Shown: in pieces, positions 18,176-28,284 of the stretch | Layout: every line of letters starts with the position of its first letter | Position numbering within the stretch: the stretch's first letter is position 1 | IMG/VR virus record: IMGVR_UViG_3300030390_001877 | Span: 68,130-132,129 of that record | Direction: 5' to 3' (one strand) | Source of the DNA: a virus | DNA length: 64,000 nucleotides | The notes under the pieces: generated by a model | Databases searched by the model: none | Told to the model about the DNA's origin: nothing | What the model saw: only the letters and a program-made list of their open reading frames with translations | Made by a program: the position numbers and the translations under genes

Positions 18176-20059
18176 AAATCCTCCCTCCAAACTAATTCAC
18201 CTTTCGCAATAGATTCTAACAATCCACGGAATTCATAACTTCTACATAGGCTATCTACATAAACACGGCAATTCTCTCCACGAATATATTTCCCATCAAT
18301 ATACTTGTTAGCATCATCCATTGTCAAGAAAATATTATGTGTTTCCCAGCGAGGGTTCCCGTGTAGGTAGCTCCATCCTCCGTGAGGATCTATTTGTTCA
18401 AGGGTTTGGTACGCATCGTATAAATTCGTATGACACTCTAAGAAATCTTTCTTAGAAAGGCAGTATGTATTTTTAAACAAATATCTCCACTCTTCTTCAT
18501 CATAATCATCTACAAATTCTTCTACGCTATCATAACCACTTTCATCACAAGAATTGTAAAGCTGATGTAACTCTGCATATTCTTCTTCGTAACCCCAATC
18601 AACCTTCTTAGCTTGAACTAAGTATATAGGAGCTGCTGTACAAAGATTATCTTCGTGAAGAATATGATGTTTGTGTAAGCGTGTTTGTAACTTTTCATAA
18701 GACTCTTTATTCATAATCTACTCTCCTGTAAATAACCATTTCAAATCCAACCATTCAAAGGTTAACTCTCCGAATATAAAACTTGATAACAAAGCTGTTA
18801 CCATAAATAGCACCCAACCTGCAATAAGATATACAGATTCTAAGCCGCCTCTATCTTTGTGTATACTGTAAACACCAACCCCATATAAAGCAACAATACC
18901 CCACCAAGGAGCATGTACTCCAACTAGCCAACCTATTAAAATTATGAATATAGAAGGTAAAATCATTCTTCTATCCCCTCTTTAATAGATTCATCTATAT
19001 TATTCCAAAATTTCTGTCCTTGGGGTGTGTATACCCATACAAAAGCATTAACTAAACAATCATCCCAATCCCAAGACCACCCTTTATCTACCTCATACCC
19101 CCTATAAGCCTTTGTAAGCTCTTCTAAAGCAGCTACCTTCCCTATCACACTAGATACTTCTTTAAATAGTGCTGTGTTGTTTATAAGTGCCTTATTTTCG
19201 ATATTTGATTCTTGTTTCATGTTAGCTCCTTCCAAACAGTAGACACCACTTCAACAGATTCACATTTCACCCAACCATAATTATCTTCTAAACGACATTT
19301 ATAACTATCGTAAGAATTATCTCCTTCAAACTCTTGCATCCAATAACCTACTAAATCTTCATCTACTTCACAGATGTCTTCTTTTTCAAGATTGTAATAC
19401 TTTGCGTTAGGTGAAACCTTTATAATATATCTTGTTTGCGCTATACCTTTTCGTAAGTTTACAAAAGTTGCTTCAACGTACTCTGCACACTCTAACATTT
19501 GGTGTAATTGTTGTTTATTAAAAATCATTCAATTTCTCCTCGTATAATTCAATAAAATCTTTCCAGCACATAACACCTTTCCCACCAAACTCGTTTAAGT
19601 AAGTGACAACTCCTGCTACACGATTACCTTCCTTGTCAACAGAATCTTCTTTTAAAGAGAGAACTGTTACTTGTTGGAGAATTTTTCTTTTGTAAATCAT
19701 AATTCGTTCTCCATTAAAAGTTTCATTGCTAAAGGTATTAATCTCTCTTCATCTTGAGGTAAGAAACCTTTCAAATCATAATCACCTGCATAAACAATCC
19801 ACGTTGATAAAAGTTTTTCTTCGTTTTCCCAAGATTTTATTTCTGCAGTGTTTCCTTTGAAGAAGAATCTAACTGTTGGGTTCATGTGATCATTTTCTTC
19901 ATCGTTGTCTAACATTTCACATAAAACTAACTCATCTTCTTTACGAACACCTAATTTATACAGACTGCACTCTTTCTTACAACCCCACACTTCTGCAAAG
20001 AACTTGTGACCATTAGGTAGGTGTCTAAGATTTGCGTCAAACATATTCATTCTCCTCAA
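18172..20059 (-). CDS. Run of six hypothetical proteins (18172-18714, 18718-18966 membrane, 18963-19235, 19217-19528, 19518-19700, 19697-20059)
   Basis: Tightly packed ORFs with overlapping stop/start codons and GGAG RBS. Confidence 0.7.
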
Positions 20060-20097
20060 AATATTAACTCAACAAAAAGAACCTTTCAGAAACGAAA

Positions 20098-20145
20098 AAT
20101 CCCTCCAATAGATATGAGTCTACGGGAAGGATTATTTGTTGTCAA
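20098..20145 (-). promoter_or_regulatory. Promoter whose -10 lies in the loop of a terminator-like hairpin
   Basis: TTGACA-17-TAGACT; stem AATCCTTCC/GGAGGGATT then TTT. Confidence 0.65.
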
Positions 20146-20174
20146 GGGTAACTTAAATAAATTAATTAATTTGT

Positions 20175-20636
20175 TTAATCTCTAAAACCTATCAGGTCAG
20201 TACCATCATAAATATTACTATCATTGAAACGTTGAGCTTCCGAGATAAACTCTCTATCCTCAAAAGCTTCTCTCATTTTTCTAACAATAATACGTTTAAC
20301 ATCTCTGTGAAGATTTATAATCTTATCCCCCTCCTTGATTGAGTTGTCAGAGTAGTCCTCTGCATAAAGAGATACTTTATCCATGTGTATATTCTTATAT
20401 TTTGCTTCAAGAGAACCATCTTTTTCTATAAAGTTACCTATCACACCTTTGATAAGTGTTTCAATTGCACTTACTAGTATATTAACTTGAACTGAACCGT
20501 CATCAAGATACTCTATTGTTGATGCTGGAAACATATCGTACCAATCCCCTTTTAAGAAGTGATCTGGGTCTTGTCTTACTAGGCATTCTAAAATGTAAGT
20601 GCTTTCTTTACAAAACACTTCATTACGTATTTTCAT
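20175..20636 (-). CDS. Hypothetical protein
   Basis: 153-aa ORF with AAGGA RBS. Confidence 0.7.
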   Translation of the reverse strand: MKIRNEVFCKESTYILECLVRQDPDHFLKGDWYDMFPASTIEYLDDGSVQVNILVSAIETLIKGVIGNFIEKDGSLEAKYKNIHMDKVSLYAEDYSDNSIKEGDKIINLHRDVKRIIVRKMREAFEDREFISEAQRFNDSNIYDGTDLIGFRD

Positions 20637-20684
20637 ATAATTATCCTTAGTGTTAAATTGTTACTTGTAAATAAAACCATATTC

Positions 20685-22016
20685 CTAAAATTCAATCTTG
20701 TAGTGAAAGTTATCTGTGTTACCAAAAGTTTCTACCCAAGATTTCCTCATTATGCTTATTAACTCTGCTTGATTACTCTTTTCCACAATAAAACTGTCGT
20801 GGTAACCTAGCGCAACAAAACCTTTATTCATAGAATGAACTAAAACTTTCTCACAAATATCAGAATCTAGGTTTTGAAGTATTTTGTAATTGTAACTTCC
20901 TTTACCAAAAAACTTAAGCTCCTTATTGTACTCTAAGAGTTTATCCACTACATGTTCACAGTTCATTTTTGTAATCCCTAAACCTTCTAGGAAATCTTCA
21001 TCACCACTTTTAACTATATTATACAAAGCTAGTTTGGCGTTCCTATTACTAACACAATTTATAATACACATCAAAGCTAGTTTACAGAAACCTCTTAGAT
21101 TTTTCTTACCTTTAAGTAATTCGCTTAGTTCAGAATCATACATAGAGTAGGGGTCTTTGCCGCCTAAGTCCACTCCTTGTAGCGTGCCTATGATATTAGT
21201 GTGTAAAGCTACTAAATCAACTTCTGTAACCTTATTACCGCTTATTTCTATAGTCTTTCTTAATTCTTTTCTGGCTGTCTGGAAAGATCCCACTTCATAC
21301 CATCTACCACAACCAAACAAATCATCCATATAAACTCTTTTATAGAATAATTTATGCTCTTTTCCGTCTATAGTGATTACAAACTTGTCTATAAAGTTGT
21401 TATACCTTTTAACCACCTCCCTTCTAAGCTTAACCATCTTAAACTTAGTAAGCTTTTCGTATTTATGTCTAACTTTGTTTACTTTATAACAAACCTCTAT
21501 CTCTGGTGAATCTGATCTTGGGTCTTTTGTGAGGTTTAAGATTTTATCGTCTACTAAAGATAGTAAACTTTCAGAAAATATGACTCTAGAAGATATATTA
21601 ACATCCTCTTTCATATCTTTATAACCTAGGTATGTTGTAAGGAATCCATCTTCGTCTAATGTATCTACCAATTCGCACATTCTATCTTTGTTTAACTTAA
21701 GTTTACTCTTATTAATCTTGTTAAACTTAGTGTAAGATTCCCATCTCCTAGGAAACCAAACACCTTGTTTATTAATCTTTTTGGCTTTAGCAATACATAT
21801 AGCCAACATATACATCTCATTTTCAAACTTTTTCAATGGTAGTTGTGACAGATCAGCTATAGCTCCTACAACTTTGTTAAGGTAGTTAGCTTTGTAGGGT
21901 GTGTAATATAAATTACCTACCGTGTTTATCAGTACCCAAGACCTCTCTTCTTTCTTTAATTCCTTTAGTGTTAACATTGTTTTGTTGATCTCCGTAGTAA
22001 TAACTGTAAATATCAA
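20685..22016 (-). CDS. Compact single-subunit polymerase-like protein (T7 RNAP / PolA palm motifs)
   Basis: DDLFGCGRWY, EVDLVALH, RGFCKLALM, YHDSFIV in the order of T7 RNAP DxxGR, motif A, motif B and motif C; start may be MLTLKE a few codons in. Confidence 0.6.
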   Translation of the reverse strand: MIFTVITTEINKTMLTLKELKKEERSWVLINTVGNLYYTPYKANYLNKVVGAIADLSQLPLKKFENEMYMLAICIAKAKKINKQGVWFPRRWESYTKFNKINKSKLKLNKDRMCELVDTLDEDGFLTTYLGYKDMKEDVNISSRVIFSESLLSLVDDKILNLTKDPRSDSPEIEVCYKVNKVRHKYEKLTKFKMVKLRREVVKRYNNFIDKFVITIDGKEHKLFYKRVYMDDLFGCGRWYEVGSFQTARKELRKTIEISGNKVTEVDLVALHTNIIGTLQGVDLGGKDPYSMYDSELSELLKGKKNLRGFCKLALMCIINCVSNRNAKLALYNIVKSGDEDFLEGLGITKMNCEHVVDKLLEYNKELKFFGKGSYNYKILQNLDSDICEKVLVHSMNKGFVALGYHDSFIVEKSNQAELISIMRKSWVETFGNTDNFHYKIEF

Positions 22017-22247
22017 TGTCGTTTATTTTGATGTAGTCTATACACTTTATAACATATAAAGCTACACTTAATTTACCTCGTACCTTAGATATATGATTTA
22101 ATAAAGGTTGGGGTATATGTAAATTTATCATAGGATTCCTTAGTAATAATATAATACTTATAAGAAGTAAGTAACCAACTCGGAAGAAATAGGTTAGACA
22201 AACCCTTACACCTCGGGACTTACAAGAGATATGACCCCCCTAATTTA

Positions 22248-22487
22248 CTATTCTGGAAAATCATCAAAATTGCTTGTTATTTCCCCTACAATAAGACCTA
22301 CTTTAACTCCGAATACGTGAAGCAAAACCTCCTCTATCTTCTCTATAGAGACACCATGATCTCCTTTCAGTATTATAGATAATTGTTTTCTGGTTATTCC
22401 TCCTGCAGAGCATATATCATTATAACTAAAACCTGACTCATCTTTCTGATCTTTCATAATTTGGGACAAATGCTTTCTTAAGCTCAA
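22248..22487 (-). CDS. XRE/Cro-like helix-turn-helix protein
   Basis: SYNDICSAGGITRKQLSIILKGDHGVSIEKIEEV. Confidence 0.8.
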   Translation of the reverse strand: MSLRKHLSQIMKDQKDESGFSYNDICSAGGITRKQLSIILKGDHGVSIEKIEEVLLHVFGVKVGLIVGEITSNFDDFPE

Positions 22488-22510
22488 ATTTAATCCTCCT
22501 GTAAAACTAT

Positions 22511-22539
22511 ATTATATCACATAGTATACTTATTGTAAA
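22511..22539 (-). promoter_or_regulatory. Promoter for the HTH gene
   Basis: TTTACA-17 nt-TATAAT. Confidence 0.65.
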
Positions 22540-22600
22540 CCACTTCACCCTACATTACGTATACTTGTTGCATCTTCCTGTAGTATAAATATATCACTCC

Positions 22601-23817
22601 TCACAACCTAAAACACTTATCAACAACAGCATCCAATGCAGTAGTAGCCTTCCACTCAGAGTACCACCAATAATAAAAGCTATGTCCTTCAGAGTTCTTC
22701 CCTCCAACATAATTGTACGCACCTCTTACTTCCTTGTGAATATTAGCTCTCACTTCTTCTGCAAGGAATTTCCTATTCTCCTCACCAACCATATTCAATG
22801 TTAAAAGATTCCACCCATTACAAGGTATTTTCTGAGAGTAACCTTCCACAACAACAGATGCCACCTCCAAAGCAGATTGCTTCTCCTCTTTAGAAAGAGA
22901 TACAGCGTTCAAGCCAAACCCTAAAGCAACAATCACCCCTAAAGATAACACCCCTTTAAAATGTTTCTTGTTAAGCTTAAAATTCGATAAATTCATCACA
23001 TGACACTCCTCTTCGTTGTAACACTTCTACTAAAGGGGTTATTTCCCGCTTGTAGTCCTCTGTGTGACGTTTTCTAATCTCTTTGATACGAGATATCACC
23101 TTCTCAGAAACAACGTCTTGTAGCTCTGCTACGGAAGGATTCTCCTGTTGATACAAGTATTCTTTACAAGCAAGGAATTCTTCTTTGGGGTAACATTTAC
23201 CCAGATACTCTAATCCCTCAGCAGGTAAGAAGTTCTCGGGAATATACCCGTTCTCATGGTCAAACAACCCCTCTGGGTAAAAATCAAAATAACTGTCTTT
23301 AAAAACAATCTCGCCGTCAGCATCATAAGAAACCCCAGTTACTCCCTCAGGCCATTCCTCAACATGCTTACAAATATAAATCAAATCTTTATTAAACATT
23401 CACCATCTCCTTAATCTGTTTCTTTAAATCTGCACACATTGTAATCAACTGTTTCTCTTTGTCAAGAAGTATTTCACGAACATTATTATTTTCTTCAGGT
23501 GTTGTCACTCTAAAAGACCTCACTTCCAGCCAGTAACCCTCTTCCTCTCGATTACTCTTATGAACAACATCATACCACATATCTTCTTTTATGAAGGTGT
23601 TGTAGTTAACCATAGGGTGTATACCTTCCACTAACTGGACAAGGTGTTTGTTAAGCTCGAATATATCTATCCCAAGATGTATTTCCACTACAAGAACAGA
23701 ACTACCGTCTGAATAGTCTCCCTCAGATATAATCAATAATTCCCGTTGTACCTTTTCTAGTTCATATTCCTGATCCTTGAGGGATCTTGTTAAGTCATAT
23801 AACTTTTGAGTGTTCAT
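22601..23817 (-). CDS. Three hypothetical proteins (22601-22999 with TM/signal-like segment; 22977-23399; 23392-23817)
   Basis: Overlapping ORFs with RBS. Confidence 0.7.
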
Positions 23818-23847
23818 ATTATTCTCCTAAATAATTAACGTTCAATA

Positions 23848-23914
23848 AGAATACATCTTCTAAATTACAGTGTCAACCTCTAATATTGATTATTTTTAGG
23901 TAAGGTGTTATAAT
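23848..23914. promoter_or_regulatory. Back-to-back divergent promoters
   Basis: Minus: TTGACA(23876-23871)-17-TATTCT; plus: TTGATT(23886)-17-TATAAT(23909-23914). Confidence 0.7.
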
Positions 23915-23981
23915 ATTTACTTGCAGAGGGTTATCTATAACTTCTGTTATACCCACAAACTTTTATAAGGAATATTTATAA

Positions 23982-24338
23982 ATGTCTCCTGAAGTGTTGG
24001 TGGTTTTGTTCAAGTATGGATGGATACCTGTCTCAGGGTGGTTTCTTTGGTTAAAGCAACAAGATAAGATCAAACTAGACAACACATACACTAAAGAAGA
24101 AACTAAAGAACAGATCAAGTCACATATAGATCCTCTTAAGACTTCTCATGAACTAAAACACCAAAATCTAGAAGAAAAACTAAACTCTATTCAAAGTATG
24201 TTGACTATATTAAACAGTCAACGTCAAGAAGATAAAGAAAAGAGTGATGCAAAAGACGCAGCTTTATTAGAAGTGTTATCTAAGATGCAAACTAGTATAG
24301 CTGTAATAGAATCTAAAATCGACAAAAAGGAAAAATGA
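23982..24338 (+). CDS. Membrane-anchored coiled-coil protein (lysis-cassette type)
   Basis: N-terminal hydrophobic helix then coiled coil; first gene of the holin island. Confidence 0.6.
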   Translation: MSPEVLVVLFKYGWIPVSGWFLWLKQQDKIKLDNTYTKEETKEQIKSHIDPLKTSHELKHQNLEEKLNSIQSMLTILNSQRQEDKEKSDAKDAALLEVLSKMQTSIAVIESKIDKKEK

Positions 24339-24409
24339 TAATGCCTAACGACCTAACTCCTCCAGATAAAAAAGATAAACCAAAAACACCGCCAGATAAA
24401 CAAGAGTAA
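24335..24409 (+). CDS. 24-aa Pro/Lys/Asp-rich peptide MIMPNDLTPPDKKDKPKTPPDKQE (not in the ORF track)
   Basis: ATG overlaps the upstream TGA (ATGA coupling); fills the gap to the next gene. Confidence 0.5.
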   Translation: MIMPNDLTPPDKKDKPKTPPDKQE

Positions 24410-24414
24410 GCTTC

Positions 24415-24897
24415 GTGACCATCAGTTACATGCTGCAGGTGGTAGATTATTATGATGTTGTGTTCTTTGCAGTTATATTTCTACAAGAACACATAAAAGA
24501 TTTTATCTCTACTGTAGTATGTTTCCTGATGAGTTATACAAGCATGTTACTGATACCTTTCATAATGATAAACTACGGGTATGACTTCTACTCCTCTGCA
24601 ATGTTCTATGAAGCGATATTCTTCTTCCTGTCTGTATTCTTAATAGGAAGTAAAGTTGGAGTGATTCTTTGCATAACAACTTTTACGGGATTTTTTATAA
24701 ACTTTGTGGGTTATATGACCCCTACTGGAGATTTCTATATCTGGTACAGAGACTCTTATGGGTTATTGAACGTTATTATGTTCGAAATATTAGTTTGGTC
24801 ATGTATAGTAAACTCAAGATTAAAACCTTTTATAGATAAAATAAACCTGAAAATAACAAACTATTTAGAAAATAAATCGAGGAGAAAAGAATGTTAA
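24415..24897 (+). CDS. Multi-pass membrane protein
   Basis: Four to five hydrophobic segments, basic C-terminus. Confidence 0.7.
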   Translation: MTISYMLQVVDYYDVVFFAVIFLQEHIKDFISTVVCFLMSYTSMLLIPFIMINYGYDFYSSAMFYEAIFFFLSVFLIGSKVGVILCITTFTGFFINFVGYMTPTGDFYIWYRDSYGLLNVIMFEILVWSCIVNSRLKPFIDKINLKITNYLENKSRRKEC

Positions 24898-25355
24898 CCC
24901 TTTTACAAGGTGTCCTTACAGCAGGAATACCTTTTTTGAAACAATGGTGGGTTGGTAAGCAAGAAGAAGCTAAAAGGAAGCTGGAGATTAAGCAGCAAGT
25001 TGTTGCTACCAAACAACAAATACTTCTAGAAACAGCTAAATCTTCTATCACAAACACCTCCGAAAGAATTAAACAAATGGCAAATAGTTTTAAAGATGAG
25101 TTTACAATGATCGTAATCTTCTGGCCTTTTGTGACATCAATTATATCCCCTTATATAGATTTATACTTCGCTTTGAAAACAAGCTCTTATCAACAAGGTA
25201 TGTTGGCAGAGGCATCTTTAGCAGCAATACAATCTTTAAATCAGTTCCCTTTGTGGTACACATTGATCGTAATCCTGATGATATTATATTCTTGGGGAGC
25301 TTCTAAGGAAGTAATTGAGAAGTTTTTTGATATGTTTAATTTTAGGAAGAAATAA
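24891..25355 (+). CDS. Holin, 3-TM gene-transfer-agent-like family
   Basis: Coiled coil followed by SFKDEF (WKDE-like) and two TM helices ending in WG...EK. Confidence 0.65.
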   Translation: MLTLLQGVLTAGIPFLKQWWVGKQEEAKRKLEIKQQVVATKQQILLETAKSSITNTSERIKQMANSFKDEFTMIVIFWPFVTSIISPYIDLYFALKTSSYQQGMLAEASLAAIQSLNQFPLWYTLIVILMILYSWGASKEVIEKFFDMFNFRKK

Positions 25356-25364
25356 GGAACAGTA

Positions 25365-26228
25365 ATGGCATCGTCCGAAGAATTAGAGAGTATCGAGTGG
25401 GCTTCTACACTTGAATACGATAACACAGTAGATGAAGCAAATAGAACAAATATAATACCTGAAATAAAAACAAGCGGATTAAAAGATAACCAACCTCTCC
25501 CCCGACAATGGCTTAATCAGCAATTCTATAATATTTGGCAAGTATGTCTATCCTTTCAATCAGACTTTGATGCTTTGGAGATTGATTTATCTGACTTACA
25601 ATCGCAAATAGATGCTAACAAAGATTCTATTACTACGAACAAATCCGAACAAAATGTTGTTAATAATGATTTACAATCTCAGATAGACGCTTTGGAATTA
25701 ATTATTCTTGAGAAGATTTTCTCTGTCGGTAGTACTTGGAATACTAAAACAGAAGAAGACCCTGCCGTTAGGTTTGGTTTCGGGACTTGGGTGAAGCTGG
25801 ATGGAAGATTTATAGCAGGTAGTAGTGAAACTGACGCTGCATTCCAACCTCTAGGAGCTTTAGGTGGTAATAAGAATCACACCCATACAGACAATTTCTC
25901 TGTAGCCTCTCATACATTGACAGAAGCAGAAGTACCTACTTATGTCCATAATCATGAATTCAGAGATAGATATCATGCAGAAGATAGTACATCCTCTGAT
26001 ATGGTACAAGCTACTAATAAAGAAAATATGCCAGCAGGTTACAACGGTAACGCAGGTAGTGGGGTTAGTGATTTAGACAATAACCAATGGTTATATTATG
26101 ATACTAACACAGAAAATGCTACTTTTGGCGGGGGTGGTGGTCACTCGCACGTGTTAAATGGTAATATCGATTCTGCAAGTAACCTACCTCCTTATGCAGT
26201 TTTCCACGTTTGGGAGCGTATATCTTAA
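25365..26228 (+). CDS. Baseplate / short tail-fibre protein with T4 gp10-like C-terminal domain
   Basis: PAVRFGFGTWVKLDGRFIAG...GGNKNH...HTLTEAEVP...NLPPYAVFHVWERI. Confidence 0.75.
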   Translation: MASSEELESIEWASTLEYDNTVDEANRTNIIPEIKTSGLKDNQPLPRQWLNQQFYNIWQVCLSFQSDFDALEIDLSDLQSQIDANKDSITTNKSEQNVVNNDLQSQIDALELIILEKIFSVGSTWNTKTEEDPAVRFGFGTWVKLDGRFIAGSSETDAAFQPLGALGGNKNHTHTDNFSVASHTLTEAEVPTYVHNHEFRDRYHAEDSTSSDMVQATNKENMPAGYNGNAGSGVSDLDNNQWLYYDTNTENATFGGGGGHSHVLNGNIDSASNLPPYAVFHVWERIS

Positions 26229-26277
26229 TGGGTAAAATTATTAGAAGAATTTATAACAACAACAAAGGAATTTTAAG

Positions 26278-28284
26278 ATGTCAATAATTTTAAGTGATGT
26301 TTATACAGGAAGGGTTGATACGACAGACCCTAATTATCCAAACGGTAAACCTCGTAACAAAGTGGGTGCTGTAGATGGGACAGGTACTCCTTATGAAGAG
26401 AAATACTTTCAGGATATAAGTGGTGCTTTCCAAGCTTTACTTGTCGAAGGAGGTATTACTGCATCAGGTAACCCTGATAACGCTAATGTTTCTGATATAC
26501 GTGATGCTATCCTGAAGATGATCCGAAAACCCTTAGTTTTGAAGGTGTTTCAATCCCCTACAGATGGTTTGACGGAGATTAACACGCGCACCTTGCTTGG
26601 TGGTGAGGTGTATGAAATACGAAAAGTTAGTGATAACAGCTTTGCTACTATTTACAGTGATAAAGAGGGTTTAAACCCAATCACACAAGACGGCACGAGT
26701 AATGTTTCAGGTAGTGATGGGGTTGTTGAGTTTTATATTGCCGATGGGGATTATTACGTTGACGTTGGAGTTGTTTCAAAATCTTTTAGTGTTGGTCACG
26801 CTTCGGACTTGTCCTCTATTTATATATTTAATACTGTTGAAGGTTTTAAATCCAGCAAGATTGAATTTCCAGACGGTAAAACTATTCACATAAAAGAGCG
26901 TGATTCTGATTTCATCAAGATAACAGGAACCTCTACAGCTAACAATTTTAGCGTAATTGCTAGTAACGAAATAGACCAGAGTGTAGAGTATGTACCAAAT
27001 TTAGGGGTAGCTAGTGTTTACGGTTTAGGCGCTACAGCAGCGGCAGCTAATTTTGCTCAATCTAATTACAGCGCCATAGATTTTGGTAATTACGAGTACA
27101 CTACAACCGAAAAAATATCAATATCGAATGGGGTAGCTATCCACTCTCAGGGCGCTAAGATTTTGAAAAATTATGACGGTATAGGCATTGAGTTTACCAA
27201 TCAATCTGCAACAGTAGATGTATTTGGTCGATTGGATGTCATAGGTTTTGGTGATTTTGCGGGTAATGGTTTGGTTGAGTCAGTATCTCCACTAGCTCAC
27301 GGCATAAGCATAAAAAGTAGTCGCGTAAGAGTTCATGGGGCACTTTGGTCGTATAATCATGTGGGTGATGCTGTTAACTTTGACTCTGATAACCACGGCA
27401 ACTCAAACAAGTCTGACTTTAATGAGTTGAGAGGGAACTCATCAAACGGGTATGGTATACGGTGTACAGGAACGAGTGATGATACGTCCGTTTGGCGTAT
27501 TGGTTTTTACGCACAGGGAAACTTTAAATCGGGCTTTTCCACATCATCTGATTTTATGGGGCGCAACTGGAATGGTTTAATTTATAGTGAAAGCAATTGC
27601 AACGACACAACATCTACAGAGGTGGACATTGAAAAGTTGCGCGAGTCTGACTTGGTGATATATGCAGAAGCAGGTGTTGGTTCTTTGGAGGTTATGCTGG
27701 GTGAAAACACCAGTAACTTAGAGATTACAAGTCTGCGGTCTAATCTTGATAGTGACAACTCTCTGGCTCAAAATAACAGATGGAAAAGAGGCTCGCTAGC
27801 TGTTAACCCAGGGGTTTCTGGTGGTTCTAGAGTTGGTGAGGTGGGTGGTTTTAAGTTCGGAAGAGCTAGGGGTGGGAATGGTGGCGAGGGGGTGAAGGTT
27901 CCCATGAAGGGTTCGGACTCAACATTTGGACATTTTGTGGCAGTAAACAGCCAATCATCCCCATTTACCCCCTATCTAGGATTTGAGACAGAGAATCTAT
28001 CATCGTTTATCAGGGTGGGGGACCAAGATTTTAGAGTTAATTCTAACGGTGATGACTTTATACACAAGACAGAGACGGACTTCGAGATAGGGACAACTAA
28101 TACGGCTTACAAAACCAAAGTCAATATGTTTGGTAATGTAGCTATCTTTGTAAGGTCATCAAGTCCAGAGGGGCAGCAACCCGCTTCAACTGGGTCTATA
28201 TGCTTGGTAAATGGTGGTGGGGCTGGCACGTCATTCTATGTCAAAGAATCTGGAACAGGGAGCACGGGGTGGGTTGGTAAATAA
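26278..28284 (+). CDS. Tail fibre / tailspike receptor-binding protein
   Basis: N-terminal anchor (DPNYPNGKPRN...DGTP...SGNPDN), Gly/Asn/Ser-rich beta-helix-like body, C-terminal YVKESGTGSTGW. Confidence 0.85.
   Translation: MSIILSDVYTGRVDTTDPNYPNGKPRNKVGAVDGTGTPYEEKYFQDISGAFQALLVEGGITASGNPDNANVSDIRDAILKMIRKPLVLKVFQSPTDGLTEINTRTLLGGEVYEIRKVSDNSFATIYSDKEGLNPITQDGTSNVSGSDGVVEFYIADGDYYVDVGVVSKSFSVGHASDLSSIYIFNTVEGFKSSKIEFPDGKTIHIKERDSDFIKITGTSTANNFSVIASNEIDQSVEYVPNLGVASVYGLGATAAAANFAQSNYSAIDFGNYEYTTTEKISISNGVAIHSQGAKILKNYDGIGIEFTNQSATVDVFGRLDVIGFGDFAGNGLVESVSPLAHGISIKSSRVRVHGALWSYNHVGDAVNFDSDNHGNSNKSDFNELRGNSSNGYGIRCTGTSDDTSVWRIGFYAQGNFKSGFSTSSDFMGRNWNGLIYSESNCNDTTSTEVDIEKLRESDLVIYAEAGVGSLEVMLGENTSNLEITSLRSNLDSDNSLAQNNRWKRGSLAVNPGVSGGSRVGEVGGFKFGRARGGNGGEGVKVPMKGSDSTFGHFVAVNSQSSPFTPYLGFETENLSSFIRVGDQDFRVNSNGDDFIHKTETDFEIGTTNTAYKTKVNMFGNVAIFVRSSSPEGQQPASTGSICLVNGGGAGTSFYVKESGTGSTGWVGK

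Noticed and set aside
21913-22131. 72-aa minus-strand ORF
   Set aside because: Overlaps the polymerase-like gene start and lies in very AT-rich sequence; no motif; may be real but unsupported
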